Counted from the first letter of the stretch, positions 17,035 through 26,350 are shown. The stretch: 64,000 bases of DNA from Clostridia bacterium (GCA_017473605.1 JAFUKM010000008.1:26881-90880), one strand, 5' to 3'. Numbers and translations are program-made. Notes: generated by a model from the sequence alone, not told the origin.

Positions 17035-18327
17035 ATGAAAAAATCGGATATCGAAAGACAACTGAAAAACGACTTGCATCAAGCTACGCCGACGGCGTTT
17101 GACGAGCTTTGGGCAAAGTGCGAAAACGTATCTACGGAAACGGAAAAAGAGTACGTTTTGGAATTGGAAACGGTTGCCGCAGGCGTAGAAAACGATACGC
17201 ATAGAAAGGGCGGCAAACGCTTGTTTAACACGCTGATAGCGCTTTTCTTGGCGGCGGCGCTCGCCATCGTAGGCGTGTGGGGCGCGGCGGCAGGCTGGTT
17301 TGAAAAGGGCGGCTCAACGGGCAAACCGCTGGGAAGCAAAGGCTATTTTCTTCTCGATATCAATCCTTCTATCGAAGTGGATTACGACGAGAACGGAAAG
17401 GTTAGCGAAGTAGTGGGCTTGAACGCCGACGGCAAAGTGCTGATATACGGTATAGAAAACACTTTGGTGGGGGAAACCTACGAAACGGCGGTAGACGTAC
17501 TGTTTGACCGTTGCATATTGCTCGGATATTTTTCCGCGGCAAGCGAAACGAACGCGGTGCTGGTATCCGCAACGAAGCAGACGGGCGGCAGCGATGAAAC
17601 GATGGCGGAAAACGTACGCAAGCTTTTTTCTGAAAAGTTCGTGAATAAAAAGTTGTACGGCGTGGCGCTTGCGGGGAAAGACGACCCGAATTTGGCGGAT
17701 GAAGCGGCGGCGTACGGTATCGACGCTCAAAAATACGCGTTAATCCAAGACTACCTTGCGCAAGTGGAAACATTGGGCGTGGAAAGCGGCATTGACGAAG
17801 ACGAATACGGCGAAATTTCCATACGGGAAATTTACGAAGAAATGGAAGAGTTGAGAGAACTCAAAATCGGGGATACCGCTTCCGACGCCATTGAAGAGAT
17901 GTTGGAAGAGATGGAAACCGCCTTGGGCGGTAGAATCGACGGCGGTGTTTTCGAAGAGTTGGAAACGTTGGCGGAAGCGCTGGAAAGGGCAAAAACGTTC
18001 GACGAGCTTTCTACGATAGCCGAGCCGTTGTTGAGCTTGTTGGAACGCTTGGAAGCGGACGCGCAAGGCGACGATAAAGAAATTGTCCGCGCCACGCGCG
18101 AAGCGGTGGGAATGCTCCTTGTGGGTGTGGAAACGGATAAACAAAAATTACAAAAAACCACGGAAGACGCGTATAAGGAACGGGAAGAAAGGTACAAGGA
18201 CGATTTCCATAACGAGTCGGAAGAGCCCGAAGGCGGATTTGAAGCTTGGCAAGACCAGAATAAGGAACATTTCGAAAACGATTGGCAGGGCAAAAAAGAA
18301 GATTGGCTCAACCGTTTCGACGATTAA
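17035..18327 (+). CDS. putative single-pass anti-sigma factor with RsgI-like DINPS ectodomain and acidic tail
   Basis: ATG 17035 is 2 nt after the sigma stop codon. TM segment LFNTLIALFLAAALAIVGVW. YFLLDINPSIEV..GLNADGKVLI block. The anti-sigma role is inferred from position. Confidence 0.62.
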   Translation: MKKSDIERQLKNDLHQATPTAFDELWAKCENVSTETEKEYVLELETVAAGVENDTHRKGGKRLFNTLIALFLAAALAIVGVWGAAAGWFEKGGSTGKPLGSKGYFLLDINPSIEVDYDENGKVSEVVGLNADGKVLIYGIENTLVGETYETAVDVLFDRCILLGYFSAASETNAVLVSATKQTGGSDETMAENVRKLFSEKFVNKKLYGVALAGKDDPNLADEAAAYGIDAQKYALIQDYLAQVETLGVESGIDEDEYGEISIREIYEEMEELRELKIGDTASDAIEEMLEEMETALGGRIDGGVFEELETLAEALERAKTFDELSTIAEPLLSLLERLEADAQGDDKEIVRATREAVGMLLVGVETDKQKLQKTTEDAYKEREERYKDDFHNESEEPEGGFEAWQDQNKEHFENDWQGKKEDWLNRFDD

Positions 18328-18337
18328 AAAATACACG

Positions 18338-18367
18338 CTCCCCGCGCAAAATGCGCGGGGGATTTTG
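18338..18367 (+). terminator. rho-independent terminator
   Basis: Stem CCCCGCGC / GCGCGGGG followed by GATTTT. Confidence 0.65.
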
Positions 18368-18528
18368 TTGATTAAATCAATCGATAAAACGAATAGCATT
18401 ATAGGCTAACTCTAAAAATTTCGATTATTTTTCAAGAATTTTCGAAAAAGGATAGTATTCGAGTTGCTTTATTTCAAAAAAGATAGTAGAATAGTAACGT
18501 GAATACAAATTACGGAGAAAAAATACTT

Positions 18529-19728
18529 ATGAAAAACAGAATTGCAAACAGGATGACCACTCTTTCGCCGTCGTTGACGCTTGCGATATCCGCAAAGGCG
18601 AAAGCGATGAAAGCCGCGGGGGAGAGCGTTGTTTCTTTCGGCGTGGGCGAGCCTGATTTTAATACGCCCGAACATATCATCGGCGCGGCGAAGGTTGCGT
18701 TGGATAACGGGCATACGAAATACACGCCCTCGTCCGGTTTATTGCCCTTGCGCAAAGCGATTTGCGAAAAATTCCAAAAGGATAACGGACTTTCTTACGA
18801 GCCGTCGCAAATTATCGTTTCCAACGGCGCGAAGCACTCTATTTTCAACGCTTGCTATGCAGTTTTGGAAGAAGGGGACGAAGTGATTATTCCCGCGCCC
18901 TATTGGCTGACCTATCCCGAAGTGGTAAAGGTGTGCGGCGCTACGCCCGTATACTTGCAATGCAAAAAGGAAAACAAATTCAAGTTTACGGCGGAAGAAC
19001 TGAAAGCGGTCATCACGCCCAAGACGAAAATGCTTATCTTCAATTCCCCGTCCAACCCCACGGGTGCGGTGTACACGGAAGAAGAAGTGCGCGCGATTGC
19101 AAAAGTTTGCGAAGAAGCGGAGATTTTCGTGCTTTCGGACGAGATTTACGAAAAGCTTTGCTATAACGGCGTAAAACCGTTTTCGATTGCAAAATGCAGT
19201 GAAAAAATGCAAGACTTGACCATTGTTATCAACGGTGTTTCCAAGACGTACGCCATGACGGGCTGGCGCGTAGGCTATCTTGCCGCCCCCAAGGATATTG
19301 CTAAGGCAATCGATTCCTTCCAAAGCCACGCAACGAGTAACGCTTGCTCCATTTCCCAGTACGCGACGATAGAAGCGCTTGCTTCTTCCGACGAAGAAAT
19401 CCAAGCGATGGTAGACGTGTTCGATAAGAGAAGAGCAAACCTTTTGAAGCTGATTTCGGAAATCGACGGCGTATCGGCGGTAGAACCCGACGGCGCGTTT
19501 TACGTAATGCTCGTGGTAAGCGGCTTGTACGGCAAGAGTTATAACGGCAAGGTTATCGATAACTCGATAGCGTTTGCGGACGCGCTTTTGGACGGCGAAA
19601 AGGTAGCCACCGTGCCCGGCGTATCGTTCGGCGCGGACGACTGCGTTCGCCTTTCCTATGCGTTATCCGAAGCGGATATCGAAGAAGGCTTAAAGAGAAT
19701 TAAGCGTTTTGTGGAAGCATTGCAATAA
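18529..19728 (+). CDS. class I/II PLP-dependent aminotransferase (aspartate aminotransferase-like)
   Basis: ATG 18529 follows a GGAG. LSPSLTLAISAKA, GEPDF, NSPSNPTG, and PLP lysine in SKTYAMTGWRVGY. Confidence 0.9.
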   Translation: MKNRIANRMTTLSPSLTLAISAKAKAMKAAGESVVSFGVGEPDFNTPEHIIGAAKVALDNGHTKYTPSSGLLPLRKAICEKFQKDNGLSYEPSQIIVSNGAKHSIFNACYAVLEEGDEVIIPAPYWLTYPEVVKVCGATPVYLQCKKENKFKFTAEELKAVITPKTKMLIFNSPSNPTGAVYTEEEVRAIAKVCEEAEIFVLSDEIYEKLCYNGVKPFSIAKCSEKMQDLTIVINGVSKTYAMTGWRVGYLAAPKDIAKAIDSFQSHATSNACSISQYATIEALASSDEEIQAMVDVFDKRRANLLKLISEIDGVSAVEPDGAFYVMLVVSGLYGKSYNGKVIDNSIAFADALLDGEKVATVPGVSFGADDCVRLSYALSEADIEEGLKRIKRFVEALQ

Positions 19729-19741
19729 TAAAAACAAACGA

Positions 19742-19769
19742 AAAACGGGCGAAAAGTCGCCCGTTTTTC
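19742..19769 (+). terminator. rho-independent terminator
   Basis: Stem AACGGGCG / CGCCCGTT followed by TTT. Confidence 0.8.
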
Positions 19770-19927
19770 CGTATTTACAAAAAAATTAAAAAAAATTGCG
19801 AAATCGGGCAAAAATTTTTCCCAAAAGTCTTGAAATTGTGCGAAAAATTTGGTAAACTATATGTAACCTGAACCAGGAGACCTTCCAAGTTCGGGGTGTA
19901 CGACAAAATCTGGGAGGATTGGCTATT

Positions 19928-20335
19928 ATGATTAAAGTAATTTACGGCGCAAAAGGTACGGGTAAAACCAAGATGATGATTGACGCGGCGAACGCCGCCG
20001 TTGCAGAGGCGAAAGGGCATCTTATTTTCATCACCGACAGTAAGCGCTATATGTATGATTTGGAACGCGAAGTACGTTTTATCGATACCAGCGAATACGA
20101 TATCGCAGGCGAATCTGCGCTTTGCGGTTTCATTAAGGGCGTTATCGCGGGCAACCACGACAACGAGTACGTATATATCGACGGCGTTGTCCGTATCGCA
20201 GGGAAACCCGTATCGGAACTCGCGGCGTTCTTCTATATGCTCGATAAAGTGGCGAAGAACAATAATATGGTCATCACCGTATCGGTATCGGCGGCAAAGG
20301 AAGAGCTTCCCGATTTCGTAACGAAGTATCTTTAA
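19928..20335 (+). CDS. minimal stand-alone P-loop NTPase-like protein (135 aa)
   Basis: Walker A GAKGTGKT at residues 7-14. Walker B-like YVYIDG. GGGAGG lies 10 nt upstream of ATG 19928. Confidence 0.6.
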   Translation: MIKVIYGAKGTGKTKMMIDAANAAVAEAKGHLIFITDSKRYMYDLEREVRFIDTSEYDIAGESALCGFIKGVIAGNHDNEYVYIDGVVRIAGKPVSELAAFFYMLDKVAKNNNMVITVSVSAAKEELPDFVTKYL

Positions 20336-20388
20336 GACAGCAAACCGTTTGCCTAAAAAAGCAAGACGAACGGTAACTCTTGGAAAGA

Positions 20389-20422
20389 GAAGCCGAGCGG
20401 TCTTTTCCGTTCGGCTTTTTTC
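20389..20422 (+). terminator. rho-independent terminator
   Basis: Stem AGCCGAGCGG / CCGTTCGGCT followed by TTTTT. Confidence 0.7.
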
Positions 20423-20586
20423 AATCGTTTGACGGTCATATAGTATATAAATTGCATATAAGGGGAAAAAGACGAGTGCGTCAAGCGGCAGAGAAACAGG
20501 CTCTGTCCGTTTTGGCGTGTTTTCAGCCGTTTATCAGAATACGGTATAAAGAAAAACAGGAAGTACGTAAAGGTAGGTAATAGAAG

Positions 20587-22134
20587 ATGTATTTTATCAG
20601 CACGAGAGGCGGAGAAAAGGTAACGGGCGCGCAAGCGATTGTCAAAGGGCTTGCGGATAACGGCGGTTTGTACGTGCCCGAAAAATTCCCTGCCGTAACC
20701 CAAGCGGAAATGCAAGAAATGGCGAATATGAGTTATCCCGAACGCGCGGCTTTTGTTCTTGGGAAATATCTCGCCGACGATTTAGGCGCGGAGTATTTGA
20801 AAGAAATTTGTGAAAAAGCGTATTCCACGTTCACGGGCGACGACCCCGCTCCGCTCGTGAAAGTCAACGGCAATTTATTCGTGTTGGAGCTTTTCCACGG
20901 TCCTACTTGCGCGTTTAAGGATATGGCGCTCACCGTGCTGCCCTATCTTTTGAAAAAGAGCTGTGAAGTAACGGGGATTAACGACGATATTTTAATTCTC
21001 ACGGCGACGAGCGGCGACACGGGCAAAGCGGCGCTTGAAGGCTTCCGCGACGTTAAGGGCACGAAAGTGGCGGTATTCTATCCCGACGAAGGGGTGGCGA
21101 AAATGCAGCGTTTGCAAATGTGCGCGCAAGATGGCAACAACGTGTTCGTAGCGGCTGTTAAGGGAAATTTCGACGATTGCCAACGCGCCGTGAAAAAGAT
21201 GTTCTCATCGGAAGAATTCAATGCGAAAATGGCGAAAAAAGGGGTACGCCTTTCCAGCGCGAACTCGATTAACTTCGGGCGTTTAGCGCCGCAAATCGCG
21301 TACTATTTCTCGTCGTATCTCGATTTGTTGACGTCTAATCAAATTGAAATGGGCGACGAAATCGATTTTGTCGTGCCCACGGGCAATTTCGGGGATATTC
21401 TCGCCGGCTGGTACGCAAAACAAATGGGCTTGCCCGTAAGAAAGCTTGTTTGCGCGTCCAACCGCAATAAAGTGCTTTCCGATTTCTTCAAAAAGGGCGT
21501 GTACGACGTAAAACGCAATTTCTTCCGTACGATGTCCCCGTCGATGGATATTCTCGTTTCGTCTAATTTGGAACGGTTGCTTTTTGAAATCAGCGGACGG
21601 AACGCCAAGCTCACGGCGCAGCGTATGGCGGATTTGGCGGAGAAGAAGGAATATTCGATTACTTCGGAAGAAAAAGCGAAGCTGGATAAAGAATTCTTCG
21701 GCGGTTTTGCAAGCGAAGACGATATGATAGAAGCGATGTACGAAACGTTCGACGAGTTCGGTTACGCGATGGATACGCACACGGGCGTAGCGCTTGCGGT
21801 GTGCGAGCAGTACCGTAATACGCTCAAAAAGGACGAAGACGGCGAAGTTATCGACAAGACGCCTATCGTCGTGCTGTCCACGGCGAACCCGTATAAATTC
21901 CCCCAAGACGTATTGTACGCTTTGTCGGGCAACGACGTAAAAGACAGTTTCAAGGGCGTAAAACGTTTGAATTTGCTTACGGCGATGAAACCGCCCAAGA
22001 GCCTTACCGAGCTTCGGTATAAACCGATTCGGTTTAAGACGGTGGTCGACAACGATTTGGACAAGATGTCGGCGCTCATTGAAAAATTCGCGGACGGGGA
22101 AATTGTGCCCGTACCCGCGCCCGTTAAGAAATAA
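20587..22134 (+). CDS. thrC: threonine synthase (long form)
   Basis: MYFISTRG N-terminus. PLP lysine in PTCAFKDMAL. 515 aa. Confidence 0.92.
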   Translation: MYFISTRGGEKVTGAQAIVKGLADNGGLYVPEKFPAVTQAEMQEMANMSYPERAAFVLGKYLADDLGAEYLKEICEKAYSTFTGDDPAPLVKVNGNLFVLELFHGPTCAFKDMALTVLPYLLKKSCEVTGINDDILILTATSGDTGKAALEGFRDVKGTKVAVFYPDEGVAKMQRLQMCAQDGNNVFVAAVKGNFDDCQRAVKKMFSSEEFNAKMAKKGVRLSSANSINFGRLAPQIAYYFSSYLDLLTSNQIEMGDEIDFVVPTGNFGDILAGWYAKQMGLPVRKLVCASNRNKVLSDFFKKGVYDVKRNFFRTMSPSMDILVSSNLERLLFEISGRNAKLTAQRMADLAEKKEYSITSEEKAKLDKEFFGGFASEDDMIEAMYETFDEFGYAMDTHTGVALAVCEQYRNTLKKDEDGEVIDKTPIVVLSTANPYKFPQDVLYALSGNDVKDSFKGVKRLNLLTAMKPPKSLTELRYKPIRFKTVVDNDLDKMSALIEKFADGEIVPVPAPVKK

Positions 22135-22295
22135 ACGGTAAAATTCCCTACGTTTTTCGTCGTGGCTATACCGCGATAAGAGCGCGGGGGATTTTGTCGA
22201 TTGCGTGAAATCTTGATGATTTATGGTAAAACCGCCTTTTTGCGGTTGTTTATTCCCGTGGGCTATGGTATAATAGTACCGTAATAGGAGAGAAT

Positions 22296-23183
22296 ATGTT
22301 TGGGTACGTTCATACGGATACGCCGTACTTATATATAAAGGATAAAACTTTATACGAAGCGATGTATTGCGGCGTTTGTAAAGGAATTGCCGAAGTATGC
22401 GGTCATGCCGCAAGGTTCGCCCTTTCCTACGACGTTACCTTTCTTTCCGTTATTCTACACAATATTTTAGGCGAAGACGTGCGGATAGAGAAATCGCATT
22501 GTATGACCCATTGTATCCGCTCGAAGATGATGGCGAAAACGGACGAGTTGACGAGAAAACTGGGCGCGCTCAATACCCTTTTGGCGTATTACAAATACAC
22601 GGACGACATCATGGACGAAGGCAAGGGAAGGGGTAAGCGTTTTCTATTCAAAAAGGGGTATAAACGCGCGAAGAAAGCATATCCCGAAATCGAAGATATC
22701 GTGAAAAAAAATCTTGCCAAGCAGGAAGAAGTGGAAAAAACACAAACGGACAGTATCGATAGAGCCGCCGATTCCACGGCGAAGATGTTGGCGCAGTTTG
22801 CCGATTACGCGCTGGGGGATAAGGCAAGCGAACATACGTATAACCTTTTCTATGCAGTAGGGAAATGGATATATCTTATCGACGCTTTGGACGATTACGA
22901 AAAGGATATCAAAAAGGGCGCGTATAATCCTTTTTATCTTGCGTACGGCGCGGATAGCAGGTGCGCGCTGCTCAAAGGTAAGAGCGGCGAAGAAGTACAA
23001 TTTGCCTTCCACGCGATATTCTATGATATCCGTGAAAGCTTGGCGGAAATACCTTTCCGTTTCAATCACGATTTATCGGATAATATTCTTTTACGGGGGT
23101 TGCCGAAAATAACGAAAAACGTTATGAGCGGTTGTTATTGTCAAAAGGATAGAAAACGGGAAACGGAAGATACTAATATGTAA
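22296..23183 (+). CDS. DUF5685-like conserved hypothetical protein
   Basis: MFGYV...YEAMYCGVCKGI..SYDVTFLSV N-terminal pattern as I recall it for DUF5685. No experimental function is known to me. Confidence 0.62.
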   Translation: MFGYVHTDTPYLYIKDKTLYEAMYCGVCKGIAEVCGHAARFALSYDVTFLSVILHNILGEDVRIEKSHCMTHCIRSKMMAKTDELTRKLGALNTLLAYYKYTDDIMDEGKGRGKRFLFKKGYKRAKKAYPEIEDIVKKNLAKQEEVEKTQTDSIDRAADSTAKMLAQFADYALGDKASEHTYNLFYAVGKWIYLIDALDDYEKDIKKGAYNPFYLAYGADSRCALLKGKSGEEVQFAFHAIFYDIRESLAEIPFRFNHDLSDNILLRGLPKITKNVMSGCYCQKDRKRETEDTNM

Positions 23184-23216
23184 ACGTACTCGGCGCTTTT
23201 GCCGAAGGGAGAAAAT

Positions 23217-23825
23217 ATGAACGAATATTATGAATTTTTAGGACTTGGTGAAGACGCTACGGACGAAGAGCTTGCGGTGCGCTATCAAGAACTTCGCGAA
23301 AAATACGCGGAAGAGAGATGGCAGGACGGCGAAGCTGGCAACGAAGCGGCGAAAAATTTAACAAAACTCGACGTGGCGTATAAAGAAATAATGGCGGCGA
23401 GAAAAGAACAAAATAAAAACACCGGCGGCGAAAGCTCGTTGGAAACGGTTGCGCAGCTTTTGAAAGACAATAAAGTGGATGAGGCGCAGGCGATGCTCGA
23501 CGATTTTAACGAACGCAGCGCCGAGTGGCATTATTTGCAAGCGGTGGTATTCTATAAAAAGAATTGGACGAACGACAGCAAAAAGCAGTTGGAAATCGCC
23601 ATGCAAATGGACCCCGACAATCTCAAATACCGTAACGCATACGGTAAAATGAACGCTAAAAACGATTACGAAAAACAGCACGAGAAAAAGGAAAACCCGT
23701 ATGCCAATTCCGCGCCGATGAACGATAACGAGCAAATGGGCGGGAATATTTGCGGCGACTGTATGACGTGTTGCTGCGCGTCTATGTGCGCGAACTATTG
23801 TTTGCGTTGCTGCTGTCCTATGTAA
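23217..23825 (+). CDS. J-like domain / TPR-like protein with a cysteine-string C-terminus
   Basis: ATG 23217 follows AAGGGAG. EYYEFLGL...ELAVRYQELREKY has J-domain helix I-II but no HPD tripeptide. The last 28 aa contain 10 Cys. Confidence 0.7.
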   Translation: MNEYYEFLGLGEDATDEELAVRYQELREKYAEERWQDGEAGNEAAKNLTKLDVAYKEIMAARKEQNKNTGGESSLETVAQLLKDNKVDEAQAMLDDFNERSAEWHYLQAVVFYKKNWTNDSKKQLEIAMQMDPDNLKYRNAYGKMNAKNDYEKQHEKKENPYANSAPMNDNEQMGGNICGDCMTCCCASMCANYCLRCCCPM

Positions 23826-23837
23826 TCAAGGCGCGAA

Positions 23838-24362
23838 ATGAAGAAAATATCCGCTTATGAAATCGCGCTTTCCGCGCTCGCTTGCGCGCTCGCTACGCTG
23901 TTTTTGACGTTGGGTGTGTATTCGGGATTTTTCCTGTTCACCGCATACCTGGCTGCGAGTATTGCGTTAATGTTGCCGCTTTGTCAACAAAGCTGGCGCG
24001 GCTACGTATTCGCGTATATATCCACGTGTTTGCTTTCGCTCCTGTTGGCGTCTTTCCGATTTTGGGAGATTATTCCGTTTGCTATGTTTTTCGGCTTGCA
24101 TCCGCTCGTGAACGAGTTGCAGTTAAAGACGAAAATCAACCGTTGGGTTGCTTGTTTTATCAAAGCGCTTTGGTTTGACGGAACGGTATATTTCACGTGG
24201 AAAGTGGTATTTGCGATAACGACGTCTATTCCGTTTGTCGAGAAATACTTGATACTTATCATTTTGGTGGTAGGCACGTTGCTGTTTATAGGTTACGATT
24301 ATTTTATGTTCAAGTGGCGGATTTGGGCGAGCAATTTGGTGCGTAGAATCGGTAAAAAATAA
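23838..24362 (+). CDS. polytopic membrane protein, unknown function
   Basis: 174 aa with about 5 hydrophobic segments. Tightly packed after the J-like gene. Confidence 0.6.
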   Translation: MKKISAYEIALSALACALATLFLTLGVYSGFFLFTAYLAASIALMLPLCQQSWRGYVFAYISTCLLSLLLASFRFWEIIPFAMFFGLHPLVNELQLKTKINRWVACFIKALWFDGTVYFTWKVVFAITTSIPFVEKYLILIILVVGTLLFIGYDYFMFKWRIWASNLVRRIGKK

Positions 24363-24392
24363 AAGTTCGAAACGACGAAAGGCGAAAGAAAG

Positions 24393-25811
24393 ATGATGAA
24401 GAAAAACGATAGCGTTTGCGCCGTAGTAGAAGGCGTCGGTTCAAACGGGGAAGGTATTATCAGGCACGAAGGGGTTACTTTTTTCGTGCCTTACTCTTTG
24501 CCCTCGGAACGGGTACGTTTTAAGGTGCTGAAAATCAAAGGGAATATCGGTTACGGAAAGGTAGAAGAAGTGCTTACTCCCGCAATGTGCCGTGTACAAC
24601 CGCAATGTGAAGTATTTGAAAAGTGCGGCGGTTGTTGTTTGCAGCATTTGAAATATGAAGAACAGCTCGTACATAAGGGCAACGTGGTAAAAGACGCGCT
24701 TCGGAAAATTGGCGGGTTGAACGTAGAAGTGCCTTGTGCCGTCGCGAGCGATTTTCCGTATGGGTATAGGAATAAATTGCAGCTTCCTATCGGCGTGGAT
24801 AAAGACGGAAATAACGTTATCGGTTTTTATGCCGAACGCTCGCATAGAATTATTCCCGTGGATAGTTGTGAGATTCATCCAAAGTGGGCGGAAACGCTGA
24901 TTGCGACATTGAAACGGTATATGGCGGAAACGGGCGTGAGCGGCTACGACGAAGAGAGAAAGACGGGCGTTTTAAGACATATCGTTGCAAGAGAAATTGG
25001 CGGTAAATTTATCTTCACGCTCGTGTGTGCAAAACGCAAAGTAAAAGGCGTAGAACGTTTGATAACGATGTTGCAAGAAAATTTTGCGGATTTCACGCTG
25101 TATCTCAATTTTAACGACAAGGATACGAACGTGATTTTCGGAAAAGAATTTTCGCTTGTTTACGGCGACGGATTTTTTGAGGCGGAAGAACAAGGCATAC
25201 GCTATGAGGCGGGACCCGTTACCTTTTTGCAGGTCAATGAAAACGTACGAGAAAAACTGTATCAAGCGGCACTTAAAACGGTGGTGGAAACGGGAGACGA
25301 AGTGGTGGTTGACGCGTATTCGGGAGGCGGATTGTTGACGGCGATGATTGCCAAGAAGTCCAAAAGAGTTTACGGCATCGAGCTGGAACAAGAAGCAAGC
25401 GACTGCGCCGATAAATTAAAGGCGAAAAACGGCTTGACGAATATGACGAATATTTGCGGCTACGTAGAAGAGAGATTGCCGTTCGTTTTGAACAGAGAAA
25501 AGAGCGAAAAATTGCGTTTGATACTCGACCCGCCCAGGGCAGGTATCGCGCGAAGCGTACTGAAAGCACTGCTTCAAAGCGGAATTCCGCGTTTAACGAT
25601 TATCAGCTGCAATCCCGCTACGCTCGCAAGGGATTTGGGGGTATTGACGGGTAGTTTAAAGGAAAACGAGAAAGGGGAGCTAATAAAAAACCCCGTTTAT
25701 ACGGAAAACGGGTTAGACGGTTATTATCAAATTGAGCGTATTCAGCCGTATGATATGTTCCCCCAGACCAAACACGTGGAGACGCTCGTGTGCCTTGTGC
25801 GCAAGGCGTAA
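24393..25811 (+). CDS. 23S rRNA (uracil-C5)-methyltransferase, RumA/RlmD(CD) family
   Basis: TRAM N-terminus, Fe-S cysteines (C..CGGCCLQH), SAM fold, DPPRAG. C-terminal YDMFPQTKHVETLVCL. Confidence 0.9.
   Translation: MMKKNDSVCAVVEGVGSNGEGIIRHEGVTFFVPYSLPSERVRFKVLKIKGNIGYGKVEEVLTPAMCRVQPQCEVFEKCGGCCLQHLKYEEQLVHKGNVVKDALRKIGGLNVEVPCAVASDFPYGYRNKLQLPIGVDKDGNNVIGFYAERSHRIIPVDSCEIHPKWAETLIATLKRYMAETGVSGYDEERKTGVLRHIVAREIGGKFIFTLVCAKRKVKGVERLITMLQENFADFTLYLNFNDKDTNVIFGKEFSLVYGDGFFEAEEQGIRYEAGPVTFLQVNENVREKLYQAALKTVVETGDEVVVDAYSGGGLLTAMIAKKSKRVYGIELEQEASDCADKLKAKNGLTNMTNICGYVEERLPFVLNREKSEKLRLILDPPRAGIARSVLKALLQSGIPRLTIISCNPATLARDLGVLTGSLKENEKGELIKNPVYTENGLDGYYQIERIQPYDMFPQTKHVETLVCLVRKA
25753..25786 (+). 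repeat. direct repeat copy 1 (inside the rumA-family 3' end)
   Basis: ATATGTTCCCCCAGACCAAACACGTGGAGACGCT, identical to 25969-26002. Confidence 0.95.
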
Positions 25812-25968
25812 GAAAAAATTACAAAACGCCTACGCCGTGCGTTGGCATACGTGCGGGGGGGCGGTTTTGAAATTTTTAATACGTTGTGGAACAACGAAAA
25901 CGGGGGAGTCAAGTGTTTGAAGTCCGCCGTCGGCGCAAGACGAACATACATTTTCTTGCAAAGAAGAT

Positions 25969-26039
25969 ATATGTTCCCCCAGACCAAACACGTGGAGACG
26001 CTTGTAGTACTTGGCGTAAGCAAATATAAAAAAAGATGA
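25969..26039 (+). pseudogene. orphan duplicate of a rumA-family 3' end (direct repeat copy 2 + alternative C-terminal codons)
   Basis: 34/34-nt identity to 25753-25786. It encodes ..YMFPQTKHVETLVVLGVSKYKKR* with no upstream methyltransferase body. Confidence 0.6.
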
Positions 26040-26068
26040 AAACGGTTGTTTTCAAGGATAAGGAAACG

Positions 26069-26350
26069 ATGGAAGAACAGAACGAAAGAATCGATTGATT
26101 GGACGGCTTAAAAGGCATATTATGTGTGCTGATATTTGCGCATCATTTTTGCTTGTCGTTTTCTCTGACGACGTCGCTGTTTTTATGGATATATCCCGTT
26201 TGGGGATATTTGCCGAGCGCGGCGGTATGCTTTGTCGCGTCGCTGGCGGTGTTGCTTGCATTGGCGTTCGTTTATCAAAGATACGTGGAAAGCAGTTGCA
26301 ATAAGTTGCAAAATAAATTGTTTAAAGCGCTTGAAGAAAAAACCGAATAA
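26069..26350 (+). pseudogene. decayed N-terminal fragment of an acyltransferase-3-like membrane protein
   Basis: ATG 26069 (MEEQNERID), an in-frame TGA at 26096-26098, then LDGLKGILCVLIFAHH (acyltransferase_3-type start). The frame ends after about 93 codons. Confidence 0.5.

Noticed and set aside
20423-20586. Possible riboswitch/attenuator upstream of thrC
   Set aside because: Only a modest hairpin (GGCAGAG...CTCTGTCC) followed by TTTTGG is present. There is no T-box core or known aptamer motif, so the evidence is insufficient.
21283-22413. 376-aa ORF antisense to thrC that reaches into the next gene
   Set aside because: It crosses an intergenic region and two sense-strand genes with clear motifs. 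It has no RBS.
25842-26039. 65-aa ORF between the rumA-family gene and the acyltransferase fragment
   Set aside because: Only its last 23 codons resemble anything (the duplicated rumA C-terminus). The upstream part has no SD and no domain. I treat it as a remnant.
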